Of a stretch of 64,000 nt of DNA, positions 10,782 through 21,456 are shown one piece after another. Numbering within the stretch: the stretch's first letter is position 1; each line of letters opens with the position of its first letter. Source of the DNA: Acidobacteriota bacterium (GTDB lineage: Bacteria > Acidobacteriota > UBA890 > WLXD01); contig CAXWPH010000005.1 of assembly GCA_963666055.2 (NCBI GenBank), forward strand, positions 64,001 through 128,000, read 5' to 3'. The position numbers and the translations under genes are program-made. The notes under the pieces were generated by a model. That model was not told where the DNA came from. It ran no database searches and was given only the letters and a program-made list of their open reading frames with translations.

Positions 10782-12392
10782 CTAGAACCTGGAGGCAGTG
10801 ATCCAGGTGTCACTTCTGGCAGTGCTCTGGGCGAAGTCTCGCTCCACCTCTGGGTCGGTCTTGCCTTGGGCCTCCAATGCGGCTCTCAGGCCGTGGAGCG
10901 ACCAAACGTTGTGCGGATGGTCCGCGAGCTCGGTCCGGTACACGTCCTCCGCTTCGGCCGGGCGCCCGGCCTGAAGGAGTGCTGCGCCAAGCCAGTGGCG
11001 GGCTGCGAACGGGATCGGCTCGGGCTCGTCGTATTGCTGCTGGTCGTCGAGAGCGGCCGCGCGCTCGAATGCGTCGATCGCGGCCTGGAGGTCGCCCTGG
11101 GCGCGGAGGATCTCGCCTTCGAGGATCGCCGCTGCCAGGCCCATCAGCTGTTTGGCTGGGTGAAACCCGAGCGTTGCCTCGGAATGCTGCGCCAGTTCCT
11201 GAACCCGCGCCAGATGCTTGTGCGCGGCCGCAGCGTCGCCGGCCCGCAGCTCGGCATAGCCTTGGGCGAACTCCCAGAAGCCGCGAGCAACCTCAGCCGA
11301 GGGGCGCTTCTTGACTTGGAGGATCTCGTCGAAACGACCGAAACGCAGAAGGGTCAACACCTGATGCATCGTGTTGCCGCCGAGTTTCGCGAAATCCTTG
11401 CCCGCCTGCGTCGCGATCGCGCCTTGTCCGTCCATCGAAGCGGCGAACAGCAGCATGTGCAGGTTGTGTGTCCTCCCGTAGGAGAAGCCGAGCTTCTTCG
11501 CCGCCTTTTGGTCCGAGTGCCAGGCCGCAGTGTTGGCCTGGACCGACCGCCCCCACAGACCGACCTCGTTCCAGGTATGCGAGGGCATGTGCTGGACGTG
11601 GCTGGCTACCGGCACCGCCCGACCGAGATGTTCGACACACTCGAGCGCCAACTCCGGGTGCTGGCTCGATTCCGTGGCGTGTACGTAGAGGTGGCAGGCG
11701 CCCGGATGCTCGATGTCGCCCTCCAGGACGCCGGTCAGCACTCCGTGAAGTCGAATCAGATCGGGGTCCTCGACATCTCGGTGACCGAGTCTCTCCTCGA
11801 GCAGGAACAGAGCCACCGCATAGACGACCGCTACCTCGTGATGGTCCGGGTACTTCTCGTACACCTGCGCCATTTCCTCGGCGAACGATTCGTCGACTGG
11901 GCGCCGTTGTTCAGGGTCGTAGTCCGCCGGGTAGCGATCTCGCGCCGCCAGGATCAGGTCGCGCTCGACAGCTGTCGCGCTGCTGGAAAGAGCGACTGCT
12001 TCCTCGATCGCCGCGTGTGCCCGCCGCGATCGATCGACGCTCATGCCGCCGTTGAGAAACGAGCCCAGGGCGAAGGCCTCACCCCAGAAGCACATCGCGC
12101 ACTGGGGATCCAGGCGCCTCGCCTCGGCCATCGAGCGAGCTGCCTCCGTCACGTTGTAGGCATACCGGAGCTGCATTCCCTGGTCGAAGTATTCCTGGGC
12201 TCGTGGCTCGCTGGTGCTGATGGTCCAGGAGAAAGGTCCGAGAGCGGACGGAATCAGATCGATCGGTTGGAGAAACTCAGGCGCGCCGCCAGTTCCCGGC
12301 GCCGCAACCACGGATCGAGTGTCGGCACCCCGGCTGGTCGCGCAGGCCGACAACAAAACACCCGCAAGGGTGACGGCAGCAAGACTTCTCAT
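10782..12392 (-). CDS. TPR-containing lipoprotein
   Basis: LLSAC lipobox, AQEYFDQG, HPGACHLYVH, HVQHMPSH, TPR-like helices. Confidence 0.85.
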   Translation of the reverse strand: MRSLAAVTLAGVLLSACATSRGADTRSVVAAPGTGGAPEFLQPIDLIPSALGPFSWTISTSEPRAQEYFDQGMQLRYAYNVTEAARSMAEARRLDPQCAMCFWGEAFALGSFLNGGMSVDRSRRAHAAIEEAVALSSSATAVERDLILAARDRYPADYDPEQRRPVDESFAEEMAQVYEKYPDHHEVAVVYAVALFLLEERLGHRDVEDPDLIRLHGVLTGVLEGDIEHPGACHLYVHATESSQHPELALECVEHLGRAVPVASHVQHMPSHTWNEVGLWGRSVQANTAAWHSDQKAAKKLGFSYGRTHNLHMLLFAASMDGQGAIATQAGKDFAKLGGNTMHQVLTLLRFGRFDEILQVKKRPSAEVARGFWEFAQGYAELRAGDAAAAHKHLARVQELAQHSEATLGFHPAKQLMGLAAAILEGEILRAQGDLQAAIDAFERAAALDDQQQYDEPEPIPFAARHWLGAALLQAGRPAEAEDVYRTELADHPHNVWSLHGLRAALEAQGKTDPEVERDFAQSTARSDTWITASRF

Positions 12393-12643
12393 TCTTCCAT
12401 CTTCCTTGGCTGGTTTTCGACACACGCGCGCGCCGGGACCTGGCGTCGCCCCGCGATGCGGTCGATAGTGTAGACGGCGAAGGAGATCACTCAGGCAGTC
12501 GTGCTCGATAGCGACATCGAGCACAACCCCAGCGGCTCGTGCCGACGGACCCGTAGCACCCGTTGCGATAGCAGCGAAAAGGGCGAGGAAAACTCGCCAT
12601 GACGTATGCTTGACTCCCGATTTCGAGTCTGGAAGGAGAGGTC

Positions 12644-14518
12644 GTGCGCCACCCCGACGACGACAGCACCGTAACCGCGCGGACAAGCCCGATACGTCGA
12701 CCGCGCTCTCCCCGACTCCTGCTCGCCCTCTCGCTTCTCTGCGCATCCCTCGCGGCGCCGGGTCTCGAGGCGACCGGCAACAGCACCGCCGCCGGGCCCG
12801 CCGAATGGATCGGCGACCTCGACCCTATCGGCCCCGCCGATTGGAGCTACGAGCGTGCCGCTCATCTGATGGAGCGCGCCGGCTTCGGTGCGACGCCGGA
12901 AGAGATCGAGCTTCTGGCCAAAGCGGATCCCCGCCAGGTCGTGCGACGTCTGGTCGACTACCGGTCGACCGCCAATCCCTCGGTGGGCCCGTTCGAGCAT
13001 TCCGGGATCTTCGACGAGGGTATGGACCCGTTTCCGCCGAGCCGGGCCGAAGCGGTCCGCATCGGCAGGGAAAAGGGTCGCGCTCTCGGAGTCGACATCC
13101 TTCCGGAAGGGTCGTCGCGGCGCCTTCAGCCGGTGGTCGACAAGTTCTTCTACGGTCTCCGGGCCGACCGCCTCGAGGCGCTTCGACTCGGCCTGTGGTG
13201 GGGCGAACGCATGCTGAAGAGCAAGCGACCGCTCGAAGAAAAGCTCACATTCTTCTGGCACGGTCACTTCGCCACCTCCGACGTCAAGGTCCGTGACTAC
13301 CGCAAGATGCTGGTCCAGAACCAAACATTGCGCCGGCACGCCAACGGCAACTTCCGCAACCTGCTGCTGGCGATCATGAAAGACCCGGCGATGCTCGTCT
13401 TCCTCGACAACGGCGAAAACGTCAAGGACCATCCCAATGAGAACTTCGGCCGCGAGCTGCTCGAGCTCTTCACCATGGGAGACGGCAACTACAGCGAGCA
13501 CGACATTCGAGAGGCATCGCGTGCCTTTACGGGTTGGACCAACGATGTCCTCGAGTTTCGCTTCGACGGCAAGCTGCACGACTATGGAGAAAAGGAGTTC
13601 CTAGGCAGGAAAGGGAAGTTCGACGGCGACGAGATCATCGACATCGTCCTCGAGCAGCCGGCGACGGCTGACTTCATTGCCGCGAAGCTCTATCGCTTCT
13701 TCGTCGCCGAAGAGGCGCCGCCGGGCATCCTCGCCGAGCTCGCGGCGCTCTTTCGCGAGTCGGACTACGAGCTCCGTCCGGTGCTCGAGAGGATCTTCCT
13801 GTCGCGTGATTTCTACGGCCCCAGGTCCTTCGCCACCCAGATCAAGAGCCCGGTGCACCTGGTGGTCTCGACCTATCGCAAGCTCGGACTCGAGAAGCTG
13901 CCGACGGTTCCAGATTTCAACGGGCTCACCGCGAGCCTCGGTCAGTCCCTCTTTTACCCACCCAACGTGGCGGGATGGGCCGGCGGTCGGACCTGGATCA
14001 CTCCGGCGACTCTCCTCGAGCGCGGCAACCTGATGCGCAACATCCTTTTCCCGCCCGACCTGGAGTCCTATGGGGCACCCGACCGCCGTATGCCCGGGAT
14101 CTACCGACAGGTGGGACGCCGTCTGGCGGAGGGAGCCAACATCACCTCCGCGACCCAGGTCGGCGACTCGGCGTCCAGCATGATGGCCGACGCCGATGAG
14201 GACTACAACACTCGCTACGGGGGCTACCGCGGATACGTCATGGCCTACGAAAGGGTCAAGCTCGTTCCTCGCCACGCCATCGATCTCGACCTCGTGGGGA
14301 TGCTCTCGGCCGAGGGCGCAGAAACCAGCGCCGAAGTGATCGATCGCCTCGCTCGCCGGTTTCTGCACATCCCTCTCGAGCGCGATGCGCAAGCGGATCT
14401 CGCCGCCTTCCTGGAGAAGCGACTCGGTGAGAGCGGATCGTCAGTCGGCGGCAGGGAGGACGCTCTACGGGCAGTCCTCTACCTGGTCTTGAGCACTCCT
14501 GAGTACCAGCTGGGGTAA
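12644..14518 (+). CDS. DUF1800 family protein
   Basis: LEEKLTFFWHGHFAT, PNENFGRELLELFTMG, PPNVAGW, PEYQL. Confidence 0.92.
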   Translation: MRHPDDDSTVTARTSPIRRPRSPRLLLALSLLCASLAAPGLEATGNSTAAGPAEWIGDLDPIGPADWSYERAAHLMERAGFGATPEEIELLAKADPRQVVRRLVDYRSTANPSVGPFEHSGIFDEGMDPFPPSRAEAVRIGREKGRALGVDILPEGSSRRLQPVVDKFFYGLRADRLEALRLGLWWGERMLKSKRPLEEKLTFFWHGHFATSDVKVRDYRKMLVQNQTLRRHANGNFRNLLLAIMKDPAMLVFLDNGENVKDHPNENFGRELLELFTMGDGNYSEHDIREASRAFTGWTNDVLEFRFDGKLHDYGEKEFLGRKGKFDGDEIIDIVLEQPATADFIAAKLYRFFVAEEAPPGILAELAALFRESDYELRPVLERIFLSRDFYGPRSFATQIKSPVHLVVSTYRKLGLEKLPTVPDFNGLTASLGQSLFYPPNVAGWAGGRTWITPATLLERGNLMRNILFPPDLESYGAPDRRMPGIYRQVGRRLAEGANITSATQVGDSASSMMADADEDYNTRYGGYRGYVMAYERVKLVPRHAIDLDLVGMLSAEGAETSAEVIDRLARRFLHIPLERDAQADLAAFLEKRLGESGSSVGGREDALRAVLYLVLSTPEYQLG

Positions 14519-14522
14519 CGCC

Positions 14523-15791
14523 ATGAGACGACCACGTATCGGACGGGCACATATCGGTTGCCCCTACTCGCGGCGCGACTTCCTGCGTCGCGGCCTCTAC
14601 GGTCTGGGAGTGACCGCCGGACTACCGATGGTTCTGGACCGCACCTCGGCGGCTCTGGCGGCTCAGGCGCTCGGTGGAACCGCTGAGAAGCACCCGCAGC
14701 GAATCCTCGTCGTCGTCGAGCTCTCCGGCGGCAACGACGGTCTCAATACGGTGGTGCCGTTCGGCGACGACGCTTACTACCGAGCGCGTCCGAATCTCGG
14801 AATCCCGAGGAACGACCTCCTGCCGATCACCAATGAAGTGGGGTTCCACCCGTCCCTGGTCGGTTTCGAACGGCTCTACAAAGACGGCATGTTGGCCGTC
14901 GTCGAAGGTTGCGGCTATCCCAACCCCAGCTTGTCGCACTTCACCTCGATGGGCTTCTGGCACACCGGCGTCCCCAACGGCGGCGAAAAGCTCGGTTGGG
15001 TGGGTCGCTTCGCCGACGCTCACACCCCCGACGGCAAGCGCAACTTGATCGTCAACATCGCCAACTCGCAATCACTGGCGGTGCGCGGAAAGGTGAACTC
15101 GCCGCTGGTCTTCAACGATCCCGGCCGCTTTCAGCGTCAGGGAGAGGAAGACGAGATCGCAGCTCTTACTCGACTCTCGGGTGCCCACGCGACCAGCAAC
15201 AGCGAGCTCGACTTTCTACGTGCAACAGCGGAGAACGCCACTGAGAGCTCCGCCTTCGTGCGTCAGGCCTGGTCCGGCTATCGCACACCGGTCGACTACG
15301 GTCTCGGCGGCGCCGATCTGCGCAAGGTGGCGGCTCTCATCGCCGCCGACATGCCCACTCGCGTCTACTACGTCAGCTTCAGCGGCAACTCCTTCGACAC
15401 CCACGTCCACCAGGCCGACCTCCACGCCCGACTGCTCATGTACATGTCCGACGCCGTACGTGGCTTCATGGAGGATGTGCAGCGCCTCGGACGCGCCGAC
15501 GATGTCGCGGTGGTCCTGTTCTCGGAGTTTGGCCGGCGAGTCGAGGAGAACGCCAGCCTCGGCACCGATCACGGTACCGCCGGGCCGATGTTCGTGGTGG
15601 GAAAGAAGCTCGAGGGCGGCTTCTACGGCAAGACACCGGGTCTCACCGATCTCGACGACGGCAATCTCGTGATGACCACCGACTTTCGACGCGTCTACGC
15701 CACGGTGATCGACGAGTGGATGGGCTACAGCGATACCGGGGCTATCCTCAAGGGCGACTATCAGCCTCTCGGCGTCTTCAGCGCATCTTGA
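14523..15791 (+). CDS. DUF1501 family protein (Tat signal), partner of DUF1800
   Basis: SRRDFL, GGNDGLNTVVP, FDTH, SEFGRR, GTDHG, DFRRVYAT. Confidence 0.92.
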   Translation: MRRPRIGRAHIGCPYSRRDFLRRGLYGLGVTAGLPMVLDRTSAALAAQALGGTAEKHPQRILVVVELSGGNDGLNTVVPFGDDAYYRARPNLGIPRNDLLPITNEVGFHPSLVGFERLYKDGMLAVVEGCGYPNPSLSHFTSMGFWHTGVPNGGEKLGWVGRFADAHTPDGKRNLIVNIANSQSLAVRGKVNSPLVFNDPGRFQRQGEEDEIAALTRLSGAHATSNSELDFLRATAENATESSAFVRQAWSGYRTPVDYGLGGADLRKVAALIAADMPTRVYYVSFSGNSFDTHVHQADLHARLLMYMSDAVRGFMEDVQRLGRADDVAVVLFSEFGRRVEENASLGTDHGTAGPMFVVGKKLEGGFYGKTPGLTDLDDGNLVMTTDFRRVYATVIDEWMGYSDTGAILKGDYQPLGVFSAS

Positions 15792-15800
15792 GCTTCGGCT

Positions 15801-15824
15801 GCCGCGGTGACCACGGCCTGCTAG
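15801..15824. mobile_element. Collapsed remnant of the MITE seen at 43704
   Basis: ACCACGGCCTGCTAG (15 nt) is identical to the MITE right end and is preceded by GCCGCGGTGA, resembling its left arm. Confidence 0.6.
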
Positions 15825-18361
15825 CGAGTCGCTTCGGACAGAAGCCGTTGGTAAATCGCCCGCGCCTCGTCGAACTGGGCGAAAACGTGCGCCCGCTCCC
15901 GGTCCGAACGCCAGCCGGGCCACGCCTTGGCCATCTCCCGTAACTTGTCGATCCATCGGATCGAGTACTCGGCCGAGGCACGATCGCGCACCGGCTGATC
16001 CCCGACGTCGACCCAGATCGGATTGGTTAATCCTTGCGCATAAACGGCATCGAGCGGAAAGCGCTCCTCCGGGTCGCCCTCGGCACGAAGATGGAACCAG
16101 CCACTCTCGCTCACGGGATAGGACTTCTTCAAGTCGAAGCTGGTGCGCTCCCCGGACGGCGCGAACTCCTCGATGACCTCTCCGTTGTAAACGAGGAGGA
16201 TCGCTTTCAGCGGCGTGATGCTGCGGACCCTCGCCTCGACCTCGACGCTTCCGCCCCCCGGAGCGAGCGCCACCCGATCCCCAGGCATCTGCCCGTCGAC
16301 GGTCAGCTCGACCAGCGGTCCGGTGGAGACGAACGCACGTCCTTCACGCAAGCCCTCGAACCACGCTTCCATGTCGAGCCCGCGCTCACCGGTGTAGACA
16401 TAGGTGCGCACCGATCCGACCAGCTTGCTCAAGTGCAGGTTGCTGATCGAGTCTTCACCTCCGGTCGCGGTGACGTGGACGCCGTTGTTGAGCGTCGCGT
16501 ACCACGGATAGAAGCCGGAACGGCCCGCCTGCGACCATTCGACCGCGTCCGTGGTGCCGAGCGCGGCGTCGACCATGTACCCCTTGGCTCCGCCTAGATT
16601 GCCTTCGAGCGGATCGTTCTCGCCGGAAAACGCGTGCACGTAGCCGACGGTCGCGCCCTGCGCTCTCGCTTTGCGGAACATGTCCGTGTTGCTCGGATAG
16701 AGGCTCTCGATGGCGGTACCCTCATAGCCGGTCGTATAAGGCGAGATGAGATGGTCCTCGAGGCCGAACATGAACACGTGGCCGTAGAACGGCGGCCGGT
16801 ACTCCTGGCCCACCACGAGGATTCGGTCGGGCGTCGACAGCGGATGCGGCCCGCCGCCGGGAACGAAGAATTGATAGTCGAGGATACGGTTGTCCTTGTT
16901 CGCCACCTGCTCGTTGACGATGTCCTGGTCCTCCGCCTCCGACATCATCATCAGATTCTCGAGCGTGTTGTGCAGGTTGCCAGCGTAGTTCATGTGGACA
17001 TGGGTCGAGCCGCTGTACCAGCCCTTCGCGGCCATGTCCGTCATCGGCTCCAGTGCGACGGTGAGCTGGCTCACCCCGCCCGCCTCGATGTCGGCCTCGA
17101 GCGTCTGCGGCCAGTACTCGAACCCTTTCACGATGGTGAGCTCCACGGGCCCGGGCGGCACCTCGACGCGGAACGTGCCTTCGTGATGGAAGATATCGTC
17201 GCCAACACCGGTGCCGCGCGCATAGGCCGTGGTCGGCGCGTAGAACTTTCCATCCGACGCGCGCAGGTGAACCCGCGAGCCTACGGGCGCGGACGATCCG
17301 GCCACGACGGTCCGTACCGATAGCACGCCCATCGGACGGCGCCAGCGACGATCGGTGATGTAGATCGTCCTCTGGGCCCCCCCGTAGGTCTCGAGGAGCT
17401 CGAGCTGGGGTAGACCCTCCTTGTTGCCGATGTAGGCGATCCACTCTCCATCCGGTGAGAACCGCGGATGAAAAGCGTCGTGACTGAAGAACGTCATCTT
17501 GTACGGCTCACCGCCCACCGTGGGCTGGACGTAGAGGTTGGTGAACTGATCGGCGGAGCCGCCCGTCGACGCGTAGATGAATCGCTTGCCGTCGAGAGAC
17601 ACGTCGGGACGGGTCCGGTACAGGGTTTGCTCGGACAGCACGGTTTGGGATTCCTCGATGCTCGAAGGAGCTACCGCCGCCCGCAGCACGTTGCCCGAGC
17701 CGAGGGGCGTGTTGCGGTTCGACACGAACAGGAGTTCCCGCCCATCGGGGAGCCACGTCGGGGTAATCGCCATATCCCACGCGCCGAAGTAGAGGCGGTC
17801 GTTGCCGTAGTTGTTGTCTTCGGTGATGGCGATCTCCTCGCCGTCCCATTGGCCGTCGCGCACGCCGCGGACATAGAGGTTGAAGTAGCCCGAGGGCTTC
17901 GTGGATACATACGCGAGGCGCGTGCCGTCGGGAGAGAACACCGGGTCGACATATATCTGGTCGTCGTTCGTGAGGGCGTGGCTCTCCCCGGTCTCGAGGT
18001 TCAGCATCTCCAGCTGGATCGTGCGACCGCCGTCGTCCGCCGTATAGACCAGCCACTTGCCGTCGGGCGAGATATCCGGAAGCGAGTGATACTTCTCGTT
18101 GTAGGTGAGCTCGCGCGCCTGACCGGTCTCGGGATCGACACTCCAGATCGACCCGTTCATGGCCACCGCGATCCACGTGCCGTCGGGAGACCAGTCGGGA
18201 GCCCATGGGGTCGAGCTGGGCGCCGGCGGGAAATAGAAGTTGTGCATGTAGTTCCCACCGTGTCTCGACGCCGGATAGCGACCCTGGGCCAGCACGCTTA
18301 CAGGAAGGATGAGAAGTAGAAGAGCCCCGACCGTTAGCCGGAACCGTGAGTTTCGCGTCAT
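15821..18361 (-). CDS. PD40/TolB propeller plus CehA/McbA-type (PHP-like) metallohydrolase
   Basis: Signal peptide from ATG 18361, SPDG repeats, WYSGSTHVH, GQEYRPPFYGH, YVH, GGED. Confidence 0.85.
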   Translation of the reverse strand: MTRNSRFRLTVGALLLLILPVSVLAQGRYPASRHGGNYMHNFYFPPAPSSTPWAPDWSPDGTWIAVAMNGSIWSVDPETGQARELTYNEKYHSLPDISPDGKWLVYTADDGGRTIQLEMLNLETGESHALTNDDQIYVDPVFSPDGTRLAYVSTKPSGYFNLYVRGVRDGQWDGEEIAITEDNNYGNDRLYFGAWDMAITPTWLPDGRELLFVSNRNTPLGSGNVLRAAVAPSSIEESQTVLSEQTLYRTRPDVSLDGKRFIYASTGGSADQFTNLYVQPTVGGEPYKMTFFSHDAFHPRFSPDGEWIAYIGNKEGLPQLELLETYGGAQRTIYITDRRWRRPMGVLSVRTVVAGSSAPVGSRVHLRASDGKFYAPTTAYARGTGVGDDIFHHEGTFRVEVPPGPVELTIVKGFEYWPQTLEADIEAGGVSQLTVALEPMTDMAAKGWYSGSTHVHMNYAGNLHNTLENLMMMSEAEDQDIVNEQVANKDNRILDYQFFVPGGGPHPLSTPDRILVVGQEYRPPFYGHVFMFGLEDHLISPYTTGYEGTAIESLYPSNTDMFRKARAQGATVGYVHAFSGENDPLEGNLGGAKGYMVDAALGTTDAVEWSQAGRSGFYPWYATLNNGVHVTATGGEDSISNLHLSKLVGSVRTYVYTGERGLDMEAWFEGLREGRAFVSTGPLVELTVDGQMPGDRVALAPGGGSVEVEARVRSITPLKAILLVYNGEVIEEFAPSGERTSFDLKKSYPVSESGWFHLRAEGDPEERFPLDAVYAQGLTNPIWVDVGDQPVRDRASAEYSIRWIDKLREMAKAWPGWRSDRERAHVFAQFDEARAIYQRLLSEATR

Positions 18362-18389
18362 GTCAGCATCCTCGACTAAATGCGACCGA

Positions 18390-18598
18390 CTATAGCAGCA
18401 GCTTTTCCAGCGACAGGCGAGGAGACGGGCGATTCCGAACAAGACCAACGCGCTCACGAGAAGAACCGACAGCTCCGGCCACAGCTCGCTCGCGGGAGCA
18501 CCGCGCCTGTACACTTTCGTGTACCCGTCGAGTGCCGATGCGTTGAACGTGATCCGCCCGAACGCCTGCATCGCCTCGCTCATCGCGTAGCGAGGCAC
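18390..18598 (-). pseudogene. C-terminal fragment of an ABC-2 permease
   Basis: PRYAMSEAMQAFGRITFNASALDGYTKV..LWPEL plus a TM helix; artificially joined to the next ORF in the ORF track. Confidence 0.55.
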
Positions 18599-18647
18599 CT
18601 ATTGGCCGGGTAGTCTGCGGGCGTTCTCCAAGCAGCCGGGGTGCTGA

Positions 18648-21371
18648 ATGGAAGCAGGTAGCAAGCTCGCCCATTTCGAGTTAATCGAGCCGCTGGGTGC
18701 AGGCGGTATGGGCGAGGTGTACCTGGCGCAGGACACACGCCTGGGTCGCAAGGTGGCCATCAAGGTGCTACCCGCCGAGTTTGCCTCTGATCCCGAGCGC
18801 CTGGCCCGCTTCGAGCAGGAGGCCCGTGCTGCCGCCGCCCTCAACCACCCGCACATCGCGGTCGTTCACGATATCGGCACCGAAGGCGACACCCACTTCA
18901 TGGTGCAGGAGTACCTGGAAGGGGACACGCTCAGGGAGCCGCTACAGAAGGGTGCGCTGCCACTCAAGAAGGCGCTCGGGTTGGCCACCGAGATCGCCGA
19001 GGCGCTGGCAGCAGCACATGCCGCCGGGATCATCCACCGGGATCTGAAGCCGGAGAACATCTTCGTCACCAAGGAGGGGCACGCCAAGGTGCAGGACTTC
19101 GGGCTGGCGAAGCTCACCGAGGTGGCGGGGGCAGGATCACCGGGCGGTGCAACGCAGTCACCCACGATGATGGGCACGGTGGCCGGTCAGGTGATGGGTA
19201 CTGCCGGCTATATGGCCCCGGAGCAGGTCGAGGGCTCCGAGGAGATCGACCATCGGGCCGACCTGTTCGCCTTCGGCTGCGTGCTGTACGAGATGGCGAG
19301 CGGTCGGAGGGCATTTGCCGGCAAGAACGTCATCCAAACGCTCGATCGAATCGTCAACGAAGAGCCAGGACCGCTTACCGACGCGAATCCCGACCTGCCG
19401 TTACATCTCGGGTGGGTGGTGACGAAGTGCCTGGCGAAAGCCCGGTCGGATCGTTACCAGACAGCGGCAGAGGCGGCGATCGATCTGAAAGCCCTGAGTG
19501 CGGCAGTTGAAGCAGGAACTGCAATTCGGGCGGCGAGTCTGACCGGCAGTGGCCAGCACCCTTCAGAGACCCGCCTGCTAGTGCCGCTGGGCGTATCCAT
19601 CGCCGCCACAGCGATCGTTTTCACAGCAGCCGGGTACTGGGCTGGAGTCGGGGGCAGCGAAGCTGTTGATGCAGCGGGCCAACAGGGTCGCGTCAGCACG
19701 GCAACCGAGATCAGCCTTCCGTTGGAGACGCCTCTCCCGCTCGGCGGACGAGCCTCTGAGGTGGGCTTTGACAGCCCTTCGATTGCTCTTTCACCGGATG
19801 GTTCGTTGCTTGTTTTCGTCGGTATGTCCGGTGCCACAACGCAACTGTACCGGCGGGAGATGAACGGTTTCGATGTCAACGCGATCCCCGGCACGGAGGG
19901 AGCCACTCACGCTTTCTTCTCGCCCGATGGCGAGTCTCTCGGGTTTCTCACCAACAACCAGGTGAAGAGAGTGTCGCTTCGGGGAGACCCGCCGCAGACC
20001 CTGTGTAATGCACAGAGCCCGGTTACCGCAACCTGGGCACGCGACAACGCGGTCTACTACACGTCGGGGCAAGGACGGTCGTTGTGGCGAGTCGACGCCG
20101 GGGGCGGGGAATGCCGGGAGGTTGGGTCTGCAGTTTATGGCCGCCGCAGCTACGGCAAAGTACTGCCTGAGGGCAAATGGGCGTTGATCGGCGACAGTGG
20201 CGTGCACACCGCCGGTGACTACTCTGACATTCAATTGCTGTCGCTTGAGACCCTCGAAACGAGGCTGCTCATCCGTAATGGGTACGACGCTCGCTACATC
20301 GGCACGGGCCATATCCTTTTTGGGCGCTCCGGAGGACTCTACGCCGTTCCCTTCGACCTCGCCGGCCTGACGGTGACGGGCGAGCCGGTGCTGGTGGCTC
20401 GTGACGTTCGCATGGACTCGTTCTTTTCCATCATCCAGGTGGCGGCGTCTGACAATGGCGTCGTCGCCTATGTCCCGGGAGGCGACGCCTCGGTCGGGAA
20501 AATGGCCTGGATTGATCGTGACGGCACTACGGAGTATCTGCCCCCGGAGGAGCGGCTCTACGGCTCCCTTGACCTGTCGCCGGATGGAAATCGGATCGCC
20601 GTGCACGTCGCGGACGTGAACGACTACATCGGGATCTACACGATCGATCGCAACGAATGGAAGAGGCTGCGGGCTCCAGAAAACGATGGCTGGCCTGCAT
20701 GGTCGCCCGACGGCAGCCAGATAGCTTTCATCAGCCGGCAGGAAGCCGACGCGAATCGAGTTGTGATCCAGGACGTTGACAATCCAGACTCAGCACAGGT
20801 GTTCTCCAGTTCCGACCGAATCGCCTATTACGTGTCTTGGAACCCTACCGATCGGGTCATGGTTCTAGGACTTCTCGCCGCCGCCAGGAGAGGTTCCGGG
20901 TTCTTGGCCTTGTCGGACGATGCGAGTTCTTCGTCGGATTTGGACCCTGTCTTCGGAGGTGGTTTGGCCTCGTTTTCTGGCGACGGAACCCATGTCGCCT
21001 ACAACTCAGACGAGTCGGGACAGACTCAGATATACGTCCGCTCGTATCCTGGGAACGCGCTGACCGGACCGATCTCCGACGGGTACGGCATCGAGGCGCG
21101 CTGGTGCACGCGGTGCAATGCACTTTTCTACCGCAGCAAGAACCAGTTCTTCTCGACCCTGGTTCAGCTAGAGTCGGCCTTCGCATACGAACCGCCCATG
21201 AGTGTTTTCGAGACGGACCGCTTCATCGACACCCCCGGGCTGTCCTACGACATCACATCGGACGGCCAACGGCTGCTGGTGGTCAAACGGGCCAGAGAAA
21301 TGCCGCGCACCACAATCCATGTGATTCAAAACTGGTTGGAGGCGACGGACGGCGCGTCTTCTCCGAACTGA
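18648..21371 (+). CDS. Ser/Thr kinase-TM-TolB/PD40 propeller protein
   Basis: Complete kinase motifs (KVQDFG variant), TM helix, SPDG repeats, C-terminal VIQNW. Confidence 0.93.
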   Translation: MEAGSKLAHFELIEPLGAGGMGEVYLAQDTRLGRKVAIKVLPAEFASDPERLARFEQEARAAAALNHPHIAVVHDIGTEGDTHFMVQEYLEGDTLREPLQKGALPLKKALGLATEIAEALAAAHAAGIIHRDLKPENIFVTKEGHAKVQDFGLAKLTEVAGAGSPGGATQSPTMMGTVAGQVMGTAGYMAPEQVEGSEEIDHRADLFAFGCVLYEMASGRRAFAGKNVIQTLDRIVNEEPGPLTDANPDLPLHLGWVVTKCLAKARSDRYQTAAEAAIDLKALSAAVEAGTAIRAASLTGSGQHPSETRLLVPLGVSIAATAIVFTAAGYWAGVGGSEAVDAAGQQGRVSTATEISLPLETPLPLGGRASEVGFDSPSIALSPDGSLLVFVGMSGATTQLYRREMNGFDVNAIPGTEGATHAFFSPDGESLGFLTNNQVKRVSLRGDPPQTLCNAQSPVTATWARDNAVYYTSGQGRSLWRVDAGGGECREVGSAVYGRRSYGKVLPEGKWALIGDSGVHTAGDYSDIQLLSLETLETRLLIRNGYDARYIGTGHILFGRSGGLYAVPFDLAGLTVTGEPVLVARDVRMDSFFSIIQVAASDNGVVAYVPGGDASVGKMAWIDRDGTTEYLPPEERLYGSLDLSPDGNRIAVHVADVNDYIGIYTIDRNEWKRLRAPENDGWPAWSPDGSQIAFISRQEADANRVVIQDVDNPDSAQVFSSSDRIAYYVSWNPTDRVMVLGLLAAARRGSGFLALSDDASSSSDLDPVFGGGLASFSGDGTHVAYNSDESGQTQIYVRSYPGNALTGPISDGYGIEARWCTRCNALFYRSKNQFFSTLVQLESAFAYEPPMSVFETDRFIDTPGLSYDITSDGQRLLVVKRAREMPRTTIHVIQNWLEATDGASSPN

Positions 21372-21456
21372 CGCGGGCAGAAGCGCCGAACTCAAGTCGT
21401 TGGGAGAGTCTGCTGGTCCCGTTGTCCCTACGCGCCGTCGTGCGTAGAGTCGGGCG

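Noticed and set aside
10764-12473. Long antisense ORFs (also 35143-37359, 39240-40550, 12491-13579)
   Set aside because: Shadow frames opposite well-supported genes in high-GC DNA
15821-18598. 925-aa ORF as a permease-hydrolase fusion
   Set aside because: The first 79 codons are a permease remnant plus spacer; a signal peptide starts at 18361
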